Shown: in pieces, positions 1-12,400 of the stretch
Layout: each line of letters begins with the position of its first letter
Position numbering within the stretch: the first letter of the stretch is position 1
From: Callorhinchus milii
Taxonomy: Eukaryota
Reading direction: 5' to 3'
DNA length: 64,000 nucleotides
Assembly: GCF_018977255.1 (NCBI RefSeq)
Contig: NW_024704743.1
Coordinates: 57,786,001-57,850,000 of the forward strand
Made by a program: the position numbers and the translations under genes
Notes under the pieces: generated by a model
Told to the model about the DNA's origin: nothing
The model's input: the letters and a program-made list of their open reading frames with translations, nothing else
Databases searched by the model: none

Positions 1-349
1 AAATGCATTGGCAGATCCCATGGTTTTCCTACTTATCTAATAATATGATTGCATGAAGCACTGACTGACTGGTGTAAAGATATAGTTTCTGAGCAAAACA
101 ACAGCCAATCTTGAAAAAAAAATGTTGGAACAAATCAGTGGCAGAAGGGAAAATCTAAAGGTCTGGAGTAGATTTTGTGGCACAGACTGTTAGAATAAAG
201 CAAGTCATACCATCAGACAGTATTCCTGGCTCCATAGGCTGGGATTATCAAGTTATCACTGCATTGAATTATAATTTCAAAAAGAGCTGAATAACTATCT
301 GTTTGGGAATAGAGTTGAATATTTCGATAGTGCATCTGAGCTGAACAAT

Positions 350-1150
350 TATTCAGTTGAGCTGAGTTGAATAAAGGGACACAGTGCAACTAGGACTAGG
401 GCAATGACCTCTATTAAAAGAAGGAGGCCAGGTTTCAATATTGGAGATGTGGATACCTCTTCTGGAGTTTTTGTTTGATTTCCTTTGGGGATTTTGGAAT
501 ATCTATGCTGAGTTTCTTCCTGGTAGAGTGAGTGCAGGAGAGGTCTGGGAGACAGAATAGTTTTCACCTGGTTTGTAAAATTAATAGGCTGCATGAGCTG
601 AATGATCTCTTCCTATTATGAGTAGTATGTTTATTTCCTCTCGAAGGTTCAGCCTCCTGCTGCAGCATTCCCATAATTGTTTGAGGAAGTCTGTTACTTT
701 ATCAGAATCTCTTCCTATGTTTCCATTAATCCCTGACTCTTAGCCAGCCATAGTTTGGTCCATTGACTGCAATTCATTCCAGATATCTGTGATCTCTGAC
801 CTTAAAGCTGTTTGAGATTTTGATCCAACCCAATGCTCAGTCATATCCGTTCCCATTTTCTGCAGCTCTTTCAATACTTATTGCACTGTGATCTTTTCCT
901 TCCCATGCCAAACCTAATGAAATCTTCAAACCAGTCCATTGTAGTTTCACCCCATCTGCCACATCCTTTGCCCTTTATTTGCTGCTGTTTCTGCTCCCAA
1001 ATATCACATTTCTTAAGATCACTGAGGTCTCATCTCCAGGTCATCATTGTCTTTCTTTAGCTCAAGTTTCTCTCGCAGCCATTCCACCACATCAGCCTCG
1101 TCAAAGGTGTAGTCTAGTTCCAAACTGATTTTGCTCAGTGTTTTGTTTTT
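350..1150 (-). mobile_element. Highly degraded LINE ORF1-like relic (coiled-coil, L1/Tx1-type ORF1) in the THSD7A intron
   Basis: Broken minus-strand frames give ELQKMGTDMTEH..LRSEITDIWNELQSMDQTM, SRRLNLREEI, and KEIKQKLQKR, in an order reminiscent of L1-type ORF1p. Many stops and frameshifts. Confidence 0.35.
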
Positions 1151-2399
1151 GAACATTAGACCTAAACCAGTTAAAAATGAAACCAGGAAACATTTCTTCA
1201 GGCCAATAGCTGTGAGAAATAGATAGCATAAAATGTTTTGCATAAAATGGATTGCATAAAATGCACTTTAAATCATATCATATCCTGTTAAAGTACACTA
1301 AATGTGAAGATAAAAGGTTCAGTCATTTGTTCTTTGCTGTGATGCTACCAGAGCCACTTGATGGTCTCCAGCACAAACTTACTTGCATTAAATTTCAATA
1401 AAATAATCTTCAAAGGCATATTTTCTCATATGTAAAAAGCGTAATAAGAAACTACAAAAAACAAAACATTATAGTATAAAATAGTTGTAACATTTATATT
1501 ATGACACGTTAATATGGCCCGTACAATTCCTACAAAATGATCAGATTCATAACACTGCAAGGTTTTATTTAATTAGCCTTCCTATAGTATAGGTGTTAAT
1601 TGTTATTGTTTGTATGCATTTCTTGGTGCATCAAATTGGTATGACAACACTGAGAGCTCCACAAGAAGGGTATTGAGCATATCAGAGATACTTGTGTATA
1701 TAGTGATCAATTCATGAGAAATAGCTTGATGTTGATTTTACAACATTAGACTCCATCACATTATCCCCTTCACAATAAAGGATCAAAACATTTAGCCAAA
1801 GCATCAGTCAATGATACCATACTGACCTCTGCTGGAAGCTGTTTGCAATGCTAGCACATTGATGCCCATCAATAGATATTCAGGGAACATACTCAAACAC
1901 AATCTCCATGCACACCGCAAATGTAGAATCTACCAAATATAGAAATGATGGCATAAAGCAACTAATTTTCAAACCCCAGGTTTTTCTGATCAATAGTTTC
2001 TAGAAATGAGTATAGGATATTCAATAAACTAAAATGGATGTCTCATTATAGAATGCAAATCAAATTATTCACACAATGCGATGTCCTTTTTTAAAAAAAA
2101 GTCTTTGAAAGGCACAGATATCATTTTATGAATTGGTATCTGCATTATATTGGTTGACCAAATATTGGAATACTGTTGTTGAAATCTTTCAGAGGTACAA
2201 TATCTTCGTAAGTTAGGAGCCCCAAGATAAAAGCATTATAATATTAGGATATAGCAATATATTCAAAAACACAATATGGGAGTGGACCCTATTGCTAATG
2301 TTTAGCAGTAACTCAAACCTTTATTCATTTTGATCTCTGAAACAATATTAGGTTTCTATATTAATTGTTATGATTTAACAAAGTATCTTTGCTTTATAG

Positions 2400-2487
2400 A
2401 TGGGAAGCTGAAAACATGGGTTTATGGTGTGGCAGCAGGAGGTTTTGTCTTAATTGTCTTCATTGTTTCTATGATCTATCTAGCCTG
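2400..2487 (+). CDS. THSD7A: THSD7A penultimate coding exon (transmembrane helix)
   Basis: Acceptor ttatAG at 2398-2399, donor GTaagt at 2488. The 88-nt exon reads (D)GKLKTWVYGVAAGGFVLIVFIVSMIYLA(C), matching the THSD7A TM region as I recall it (GRLKTWVYGVAAGAFVLLIFIVSMIYLAC) better than THSD7B. Confidence 0.95.
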
Positions 2488-3539
2488 GTAAGTTTGTGAT
2501 GCTGTGTGTAGCTTAGATGTATAGCGATGTAGCCATTGTGTTGATATGTCTAACATGGGTGCTTTGCTTGCATGCAAACTGCTGAAACAGGTCCCCAAAA
2601 ACATGTGAATAAGTACAAGGTTAGGGGACGTGTTGCTGTAAAGCTTATCTCTGCTTTGAAGGAATCAGCCTTGAACCTGCAGATTGTAAAAGACAAAAGT
2701 CTGCAGAATAAATACTCCAGCATTTATATTTGTATTGTGATATGAAGTTATGATCTAAAAATAAATCAGCTGCAAGCTTCATTTTGTAAATTGTCTAGTT
2801 AGTCTAGTGTAAATACTGAATCGGTCCAACATACTTTATTTTAAGTCAAAAACAGCTTCAGAAACTGGCTCCAGGTGCTTTGCCAGCCATGGTGAGAGAA
2901 TATAAAGTTTGGTGCTGTTTCTTTAACCCTTGTCATGCCCATGTTCTAACCACTAATTGACTTACAAGCCTCTAACTTGTAACTGACTGACCAGTTTGAA
3001 TGATATGGTAGAGGTATTGATTGTGCAGTGGAAGCCGCACTTCATTAACTTGAAGTTCTTAGCATTCATACAGGTTGATAATAATAATCCTTATTATTCC
3101 TTACAGAAAGCTGCTGGCACTTTACCCACAGGCGATTTATGATTCCAGTCTTTATCTTTCAGAGTCGATTAGTAAATCTTTTTCTAAGCATCTCCATTGG
3201 TTAAAGTGGCATGACAAAGCTGTTCTAATCACTGAATCTTGAAACACATTAAACTACCCAAAGAATGTTCTGTATTATTTGTAGACATGTGTTTGGTGTC
3301 TACCATTTAGGTCACGATTTAATCCCTTGATAAAAAAATTAAGGGGTCAAAATTGCTGTATTTCTAAATGCATACCATTCTTAATTACCCACATAAGGAA
3401 ATGTACATAAATGCAGTTAAATCATGTCCTAAGCAAGTTTAGAATGAACAGCCCTGATTTTGGGAGAAGGCTTTCTCCCTCCAAGCACTCAGAATTGAAT
3501 CACTGCTACCACTGTGTTTAATGCAATCTGAACAAGCAG

Positions 3540-3836
3540 CAGGAAAGCTTGCCAGACAGTACACTCAATGGAAAACTATGTAGATTTAGCTGTTAGGACT
3601 CCAGCAATACCCCAATGCACAACTCTGGATCTCCTAGCCCTGACTCCTGCCAGCCTGAGCCTAATACTCTCCGGAATTAGGTAAGCAGAATGAGTCCCTC
3701 CAGGGAGAGATTCCGTTCCAATAAACATCACTGGGCTCCATGTATAGGTCAGATACATGGAATTCTCAGTTTGGTTTGGATACTCTTAAGCATGGCAATA
3801 GGTTTCTGCATGCGTTAGACACCCAGCTGACCAAAA
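3540..3836. repeat. Unnamed interspersed repeat 'family B'
   Basis: Shared motifs ...GAATTAGGTAAGC...CATTCC...CCATGT...CTCAGTTTGGTTTGGATA...CAGACACCCAGCTGACCAAAA. Other copies at ~21525-21792, 22555-22680, 33915-34137 and 15945-15995 (same orientation), and 24205-24515, 45350-45452, 53828-53930 and 61915-62160 (opposite). Confidence 0.75.
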
Positions 3837-3859
3837 AATAAATGCTTTTACAATACCAC

Positions 3860-4145
3860 AATAGAAATTTATATTTATATAGTGCTTTTCACGTTAGCTG
3901 GACAAAGCACTTGGCACTGCTGGCTCGGCACCTGAACTGGTGGTGGGAACTGAGGGTGGTGGGGAGGGGGAAAATGACTGAAGGCACAGTCAGAGAGGTA
4001 CTTCTTGAGATGTACCTTGAAAGAAAAGGGAGGTCGCCAGTCGGAAGCACGCCCACCCGCCCACCAATAGTTGGTTGGATAAGGTGGGTGGACATGAAGC
4101 AGGCTGGTGCTGACTGAGGGAGGAGAGTGGCTGGGTCAGTAGGGA
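3860..4145 (-). mobile_element. L2 LINE 3' fragment
   Basis: L2-type tail (ATTTATATAGTGCTTTTCACG). Minus frame contains PTIGGR, as in the better-preserved copy at 44147. Confidence 0.7.
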
Positions 4146-5389
4146 TTTTAATTTACAGTTATCCTAGGGCTACTCTCTGGGCATTAAGCAAAAAATGTGT
4201 TTAATTCGACCAGGCAGGGAGAGTGTGGATTTTGCATTTCTTCTCCAGATAGTGACCTAAAAATAATTCTACAGGTAAAACATTGAAGTTAAAATGAGTT
4301 CTAGGTTCAATGAGTCAAGAAAATATTCCCTGTTAATCATATAAACAATGATGGCAGTAAATCAATTCTGACAGTGTAGAATGGTGAGAAAACATTCTCT
4401 AAAGTCAGCGCCTGTTGTTAAAGACAGGTTAAGGGCACATTTATACCACAGTTTCTGTACTCTCCCCTCATGACTGGAGTTGATAACTAAGGAAACTGAT
4501 TTAGAAATACAACAGTTTCAAACCCTGTGTTTTTTTCAAAAGTTGTCTCTATCAGAATGAGAATTGAAAGTTTTGCTGAACATAAGTTTCCTCTTTGGTG
4601 TTGATGAATATCTATAATCAGATATAGCCTGAGGTAGATGCGCCCTTCAAACTGCCTAAATTAACTGCCTTGACTCCAAACCTCAGAAGTAAATGACTTT
4701 TGCATTAAAGTAACACTTCTATTTTTTTTAATAGTGCTGCTGTGTAAAATAGATAGTTTGTGAAAGACCCACATTAAAAATTGTTCACTCGTGAATTTTT
4801 TAACAGCTTTCTGATGTGGCAGATCAAAGTGAAAGTACTGCAGTTGCCTTGGGTGCAAGTCACCAGCCATTTTGTAAAACCTATTGCATTTTCTTTAACT
4901 GAGCACATCTGAATAGTGATATTTACTGAAATACAACAACAAATTACATTTGTATAGCACATTTCATGTAGGGAGAGATGTCCCAAGATGCTGGACAGTC
5001 AGGGCTTTGGACAAGAGCTGTGGGTTGAGATCAGAAAGGGTGGAGAACATGGAGGTAGGGTCTAATTTGTGAAATTCGCACAAGGGATGGAATGTGCTAT
5101 CTGGAGCCTCTACAATTTGCCTGAGACCAAATTGGGCTTTTAGAGGTACTAGGGAGGGAGGAAGGATCAAAGAGTGGAATAAATGGCTGTTGGGAGATGG
5201 CATTTTTCATGCTTTGAGACGTCCTCCCAATGTGAAAGGCACTAAATAAATGTTAATTGTGTTGTGCTCATAAGAGTTTAAATGATTTACGTCCATTGTA
5301 GAGGATTGTATCGTTGAAACCATTTTAACTACTGTATGTGCCTTTATTCATTCAAACTAATCCAAATCTCTCCTCTCCTTCCTCTATAG

Positions 5390-5474
5390 CAAAAAGCCCA
5401 AGAAACCACAGAGAAAACAAAACAACAAGCTGAAGCCTTTAACCTTGGCCTACGATGGAGATGCTGACATGTAA
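5390..5474 (+). CDS. THSD7A: THSD7A last coding exon (cytoplasmic tail and stop)
   Basis: Polypyrimidine tract plus ctatAG acceptor at 5388-5389. Phase matches the upstream exon (TG|C = Cys). Reads KKPKKPQRKQNNKLKPLTLAYDGDADM then TAA at 5472-5474, the characteristic THSD7A C-terminus. Confidence 0.96.
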
Positions 5475-6489
5475 TCTCTGTATTGCTTAAAGAAACTTTC
5501 CCAGTCTTTCCTCATTAATGTAAGATATAACGTGCAGTAAAGTATGTCCCATCTACAGTCATTTGGGGAATTTTGTGACACGTTTGTCAGATTCTGCAGC
5601 ACAGTGACATTTAACAGGAACAAGGATGGAAAAATGCACAAGGAAATGTCATTCTCAGAAAAACAAAGGTCTGGAGATGTACCAGCTGCCTATTTGTAAC
5701 AATTGAAGCCTTTGAAATGATGCAACATGACTCTCCACCCTGCAAACACAAAGAGCTTTTCTTTTATCTGGCCAGGACATTATGTACAAAATTCCATTAT
5801 ATTTCAGAAGTAGAAATGAAGTTCTTATTAAATTGTCTTTTGTCTAACAACTGCACAATCCACCCAAGAGGCCCACGAACCTATGAGCCTATGTGGGAAG
5901 GTTCTCCTCTTTCTTACTTTCACTGCGCTAGACTGGAAGACGGAGAATGGTTTGCAGACACAATGCAAAAAGAACCACTATGATGCGTTGATGATTCAAA
6001 ATGAGCAGCCCAAGATTTTCCTAGCAAAAGTTCCCTAAAACCACTTTGCAGCAGATTACAGGTATAGCAGTTCACAATAACACATATGTGCTTGGCAACA
6101 AGTCAACAGTTTAAACAAGTGGGACAGATGAATTCTAGACAATTCTTGCACCACCTCGGTCCTCTGAAACTGAATTGTGCAATAGTAAGCAATAGAAATC
6201 AAGAAGCATTCATCTAAGAAATTGAGCTCTTAACTAAAAGCTTAAACCGTCTCTTTTTAATCTTTCCATGCTTTACCTACGGACCTGAATACTGAATTAG
6301 CAAACAACAAGATAACCAGTTACTCCAAAACACTTACTGCTGCTGAAAGCGCTTGTACCTAATTATAGTTACAAAATATGGCACCATATTATTCTACCTA
6401 AGTAAAACCTTTCCAAATGGCCTATGGCCTATTAACACTTTTTCATTGTGAGGCACCCTTTTGCACTATATTAGTGCTGCATGATATGC

Positions 6490-6592
6490 ACTTCGCCCAC
6501 AAATATACAGTGAATTCACTTTACAGTATATTCCGTGAAGCGCTTTGAGACGTCTAAAAGACATGAAAAGCGCTATATTATTATTTTTATTA
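6490..6592 (+). mobile_element. SINE 3' tail fragment inside the THSD7A 3' UTR
   Basis: CGCCCACAAATATACAG..CACTTTACAG..GAAGCGCTTTGAGACGTCT..(TTA)n matches the tail of the SINE at 25520. Confidence 0.8.
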
Positions 6593-6750
6593 TAACCAGT
6601 TATCACCTTAGAAGATAGTCTCTTGTGAACTAAAGTGTCTCGCTTCAGTAGTGTAAGATAGATAGTTTGAAAGGGAGCAAACTAATATTGTTTACTCATG
6701 GATTACTGCTTTGTACTGTGGCGGAATGAAATCAGAGTAATTTTAGTCGG

Positions 6751-6792
6751 TGTGTGTGTATATATATATATATAGATATATATATAATATAT
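6751..6792. repeat. (TG)n(TA)n microsatellite
   Basis: tgtgtgtgtatatatatatatatagatatatatataatatat. Confidence 0.9.
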
Positions 6793-7149
6793 CACACTAG
6801 CTATTTTGTAAAAGGTCTCTTTGTGGTCAGTGCAGTTGCAGTATTTATAGGTGTCTAGTCAGACTCTCTGAAAAATGTAATTGTTGTTCTAATATTATGT
6901 AATTATGTTATCCAGAAAGCAACAAAAGCTGTTTTTGCTAATTAAACTTTTTTTTGCACATTTTCATTGCTCCTTTAAAAGGAACAAAGGACTTATTGGC
7001 ATCACAGTTTGGTTATTTGTTACAATCACATACATTCAGTATGACAAAGAGGGAAGACAGCAGTCAACAGATGCAAAAGTCAGAAATGATGGTTCAATAC
7101 TTGTAACTGGGTCAAATGGAGGAAATCTAGCGAGGGAGGGAGGAGTCAA

Positions 7150-7432
7150 AATTGTATGTGTGATTGAAGGGAGGTAATTTCAGAACAAATCTGCAGAAAC
7201 ACTACTTCAGTGAGCAGATAAACTTATGGAATAGGCTACCTAAGGAGATAGTGGAGCAGAAAATGGTGTTTGTTTCAAGAACAATTTGGTTAGATTTCTG
7301 CTAGAAAATAATATCTTGGGATACAGTATATAGTTTGGGTCACGACATGTCAAGCGACTGCCAGGATGGTGGAAGGTGAACTAGATGGACCTTGGTCTTC
7401 TTTCACCTAGTAAATTCTTATGTTTTTATGTA
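7150..7432 (+). mobile_element. CR1 LINE 3' fragment in the UTR
   Basis: Degenerate RT C-terminus (..TTCAGTGAGCAG..TGGAATAG..) and CR1-like end CTAGATGGACCTTGGTCTTC..TTCTTATGTTTTTATG. Confidence 0.6.
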
Positions 7433-9174
7433 TGATGTTATCAGCAGTGATAATCATCACATCAACCAATATAAAATTACATTCAATAATAATCACTAAG
7501 AGTCAATAATTATCACTAACCTTAGACTGAAACGTTTATTTCTCCCTTCCCCCACCCCAGCGCTCCGATGATGTTAATGGTAACTTAACTGTTTTGACTG
7601 CCAATGTGATAATATCCCATGCTGCGATTTTTGACCCCTGTGTGATGCATTGCAACACAATAGAACAGTGATTCTCCAACCAGAACGGGAACCATTTCCA
7701 TTTGGAAATTCAGGTAACTTCACATTGCAGTACTCCATTGTGTTTCTTCAGAACTGCTATTAAAATAATTAACTGTACAGACCTTCTATTAAAGTGTGTG
7801 AAAGCACTGATTTATTGTAATGCAGTAATAAAAACAAAACTGGTTTTGTACTTTTGTCAAAATGCTATGACTCTGTATTTTCAAGTATGTAATTGTAGCC
7901 AAGGAATGTTTGAAGGGGTCAGGCTGAGCAGATAACTGGTCAGTTTGAATAATAATTAAATAAATGACTTTCCACTGCACTTTTTTTCAGGTAAACTCAT
8001 TTCAGCACAAATTTAATATGTATGTGAGGGGAATGCACTTACATTTACCAATATTGAATTACTGGCATTTTCTGAACATTTTAATTTGTTTGAAACATCG
8101 TGTTTTGTCACTGTGACACAAGGAAAACTCTGCTCTGAAGATATTAGAATGAAATACTATGAACATGGTATTCAAGCGAGAAAAGATTCACAGTATTCAC
8201 TACAGCTCAGTTTAATGGAACAATTTATTGACCTCTAGGTCCACCAATATTACACGCCTGGAAAACAGCAATTGAAGGAACAACAACAAGCTTACATTTG
8301 TATAGCGCCTTTCACATCTGGAGGATGTCCCAAGGCGCTGAAAAGCCTGAAATAGTCAGAACACAAGCAGAATTATGTAATTTTACAGTATTCGGACACT
8401 TAAAGGAGATTGCTATGAGGGAAAGCTATACTTATGTAAAATGATGTGTCCTTGTATCCTTGAATGCAAGGAATCGAATGAATCAGTTTAACAATCTGAA
8501 ACTCCAAACTGCAAGGAATCTGGGAAGTTTGCTTCTGCGGTCGAAACATTGCAATAGCACAATGTGATTGAGTCAGTGAGTTGATATTATGCCCGTGTTT
8601 CTTATCTTGTTTCATACCAGAAAGGGCAAGAGAATTATTGATGAGGTATGACCACTTATAAAAATACCCTTTTCTGTTGCAGTGAAGTGGTTTATCCATT
8701 ACTTGCATGTATTTGAATAGAGGTGGCAGATGCCAAAATAATGTGCTTATTTTTCATTCCAATGTGTTATTGTTAATTTGTAGATAATTTGTGCAATGTA
8801 CTTGTTTATTTTTTAAACTATGTAATTTTTTTTAATTAAAGCAATGTTTATGTAAAACCTCTAAAATTTTGTGTGGGGAAATACATTGAGTAATAATTAT
8901 ATTTACTAAAAAATGTGGGACATGCTTTATAGGAGGTTATTGTTTGATAACATTTATTCTACCTGAAATATTAAATTAAAAAATTGATCCTTTTTTATTA
9001 AACATTTACATTTATCCTAGGACCATATGTAACACTTCGTTTGTAGAGCGTTGTATCTGTATGGCCTAAAGATACACTGCTGGAGGTCATTTATTCCCCT
9101 CAGCATTGTCTTTCTTTCCTCTAAAGACCAAATAACCATTACATAAGCTTATATCGAAATCTCATGCACTAACC

Positions 9175-9478
9175 ATAATAATAATGATAATCCTTGCATT
9201 TGATATAATGCTTTTCACGTCTTCTAGATGTCTCAAAGCACTTCACAGAATATACTGAAAAGTGAATTGACTATATACAGCCAATTGCGCACAGCAGTGT
9301 CCCACAGACAGCTGTGGATTGAAAATGACCAATTTATTATTGTTTTGTTTTGGAGGGATTATTATTAGGCTCTGTGTGGAGTAAGGAAACTTGCCCAAGG
9401 TTTCACCCTCTGCCTGGAATTGAACTCAGGTCTCTCACTTGCAAAGCGAGTGCTCTAACCACTGAGCTACAGGATTCC
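9175..9478 (-). mobile_element. tRNA-Ala-derived SINE, short subtype (family A)
   Basis: Reverse complement starts GGAATCCTGTAGCTCAGTGGTTAGAGCACTCGCTTTGCAAG (box A, TGC anticodon arm), then box B GAGTTCAATTCC, and ends with a (TTA)n tail. Confidence 0.9.
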
Positions 9479-12400
9479 ATGCAAAAATGACCAACTTCTG
9501 GGTGATTAGGTTGCCTTCCATACCACGTTCTGCTTTGGACATGTTTACCCAGGGAGTGAGCTGGCGAGTTGTGTACATCTGCAGTGAAACCTAATATTGT
9601 GCCTTGTTCTGGATCCCAACCACTGCTTTATCACAGAGCTCCACTGTACCATGTCATTATGTATGTGTTTCCCCTGTGAAGTAGACATATACTGGGCCAG
9701 GCAAACAGTATCCTAGCACTAAACAGCAGAAATAAATAGAAGGGGGATGGAATATGTGTTGTGAAATTATCACTAATAATAAATGATTACATATAATAAT
9801 AATTGTTACTAATCCTAACATTTGATATAGTGCCTTTCATGTCAGGAGGCCATCTCAAAAATGCTTTACAGGAAATAATGTAAAGTGTAGTGACTTTGTG
9901 GGCGATCACACTTCATGATCAAGAAGTATGATCCAAACTTATCTTTAGTCATCAACAGGTTTGGGATTGAACACTCTCTATCTCAAATTGATCATTCCCT
10001 TTTTGTTTGTGGGATGTTGCTGCAGGCAAATTGGCTGTCACTTCCTCTAAAATAAACAGTTGCTACACATCCCCATTTTCCCTCTCCTCTGGAATTCCTT
10101 CAAGGCCCATCTCAACACCTTCATCTTTGACTGTGCTTTCTGTCATCTTCCCACCCTCTCCCCACCCCCGCCCTTGTGTGCAAGCCCTTGACTCCCCAGA
10201 TCATTGGAACATCCTCCCCATTTCCAAGGTACTATATAAATGCAATCTGTTGTTGTCGTTCACAGAAAACTGTGAGGCTTTTCGACATGATAAGACATTT
10301 TACCAAACGCAAGGAATATTTTTATTTGTTGTCTGTCTGCTGGGTTATCCCAGGTATTAAGATTCATTTTGTTGAAACTCATTTGTTAATTCTAGTCCGG
10401 ACTTCATCTGTTTGAAACAATTTTCAGCAAATCATCTTCTATATTTCTATCTGTTCAGAGATGGAATTCATTCCTGCAAACATAAATTATCTCCAAATGT
10501 ACAAATTTTCAAGAAGCAATTTAAATAATTTTACACCAAGAACCATATTGCATTTACAGATGCAGAGCAATTTCTGATACAATATTATATTGTTCTCATT
10601 TAAATTGCCTGATGTTTCTTTTCATTGTTTTTTATATTATCCTGCCAACAAGATAGACCAGTCTGATGCACAAATAGTTTACCTTGTGTCTCAATATTTC
10701 TAGTGCAATGAAAACATAGTTATTTTTCAGAATCCAGCCTGAGTGAAATAGTAATATTACGTTAGTCAAAAATAGGTCAGTTCTAAATTAAATAGCTACC
10801 AGTTTATTTCTGGTTTTATTTTTCATTTCATTTGTTCATTCTATAAATATTTATAAACTCAAATCTTATTTTTTTTCAATGAAGAAGATGTATTTCTCTT
10901 TTATGCGTCATAGCTATTTTCTTGAAATCTTAATATTGCCCACAGAATTAAATTGTCAACTTTTATTTTTCTATGAGGAATTTGTTAAGGAATTATTGAT
11001 CTGTACTTTTGTTTGTTATTTGATGGTATAATTTTCTGTTATATTATAACATGTTATATGTTATCTCCTTTTCAGTCAGTTTTGCTCATATTCCATGTTC
11101 TAAAACAATCAATAATTTTCCAATTGCACACTGTTTTAGGACAAGTACCATATTTTTAAGATTCAACAAAGCAATGGCAAAGACAGCACATCTAGCAGTG
11201 TGATTTATAATGGAGGAAATGTAAAGTTCCAGATAAACTAAATGTATCTAAGGTTCTAAATTATACGATAACAGCTTGCATTTATAAAGTGCCCTTCAGG
11301 TTGGATCATCTCGGAGCGCTGTACAGTGGCGGGAGTGGGTGTCGGGTGGGTGTCGAGAAAGAGAAAAGGGAGCGGCGCAGTAAGCATTTACATTTATATA
11401 ATGCCTTTCACATCAGGAGCATGTCTCAAAATGCTTCACACAGCTAACTGCGAGCCTGAGTTGGTGAGGGGAGGGAAAGGAAAATAATGGTCAAAGAGGT
11501 CATCTTTAAACTAGCTTTAAAGCAAATGAGGAACAATGGAATGGGATCTGTTGAATACAACTTTTTGACAAATGTGAACTTTAAACAGTTGTGACTCAAA
11601 TCAAAGAGATAGAAATCAAGAGAAAGGTATCATTTCAGTCACCTTATATTCTTGTTGGGATGCATTCAATTTATTCAATTTGGTTCCACAGATCCAGCAC
11701 ATATCCAGTACGTAAAGAATAGTCTACAGAACTTCACTTGGATTTTATGACAAATTGTTTTATTTTACTCCTCATATCCCAACATTAATATCACTAACTT
11801 TAGGATGAATACCTTCCCCATCCAATAAAGTGTCCCTCGTGTTCATTAAGACCGAAATGTGCTTTCCATACCACATTTTGCTTCACTTTCCTGTGGCCTT
11901 TGAATTGTAATTGTTTGATTTCCAATTGTGCATCCCAATCCCAGCTTTTAATGATGTACAACTGTCAATGCCCAATGACTAATACACCTTTCAGCACACA
12001 GTGGAACAAGGGAATACAGTTTCAGGCTCAGTGGAGGGAAGGTGAACAGATATAATTCTTTATACCAGACTGTGGTAAATATAAGGAATAGTCTGCCCAA
12101 AGAAACAATGGAGGCAAATTGTGTCAGCAAATTCCAGAGAAAATTAAATAGCTATTTAGCAAAATAATTCAATTGTGGGGTATAAAAGATAAAATACTGT
12201 AGAATTAATTTTTCAGCTTATTAGAAAAAACTTTGTGCCACTGTGATCGTTTCTGCTCCTATGCATTCCTGTGAACCTCTGCATTTATTAGTCTTTACCA
12301 TTTCTAATTTCTATAGTCTACATGTGCCCTTTGCGACAAACTATCAGCATTTTATCATCATTTCTATTTCAACTCAAGTAAGTTCCCAGCAAAGCATCTA

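Larger units (their letters stand above)
5475..9005 (+). other. THSD7A: Probable THSD7A 3' UTR (3' end uncertain)
   Basis: Follows the stop codon. AU-rich and comparatively repeat-poor. Candidate polyA signals: AATAAA at 7827 and 7959, ATTAAA cluster at ~8835-9002. The actual cleavage site cannot be read from sequence. Confidence 0.55.

Noticed and set aside
2400..5474. THSD7B as an alternative gene call
   Set aside because: TWVYGVAAG, SMIYLAC and the terminal DGDADM fit THSD7A. As I recall, THSD7B ends DGDLDM and has a different TM segment.
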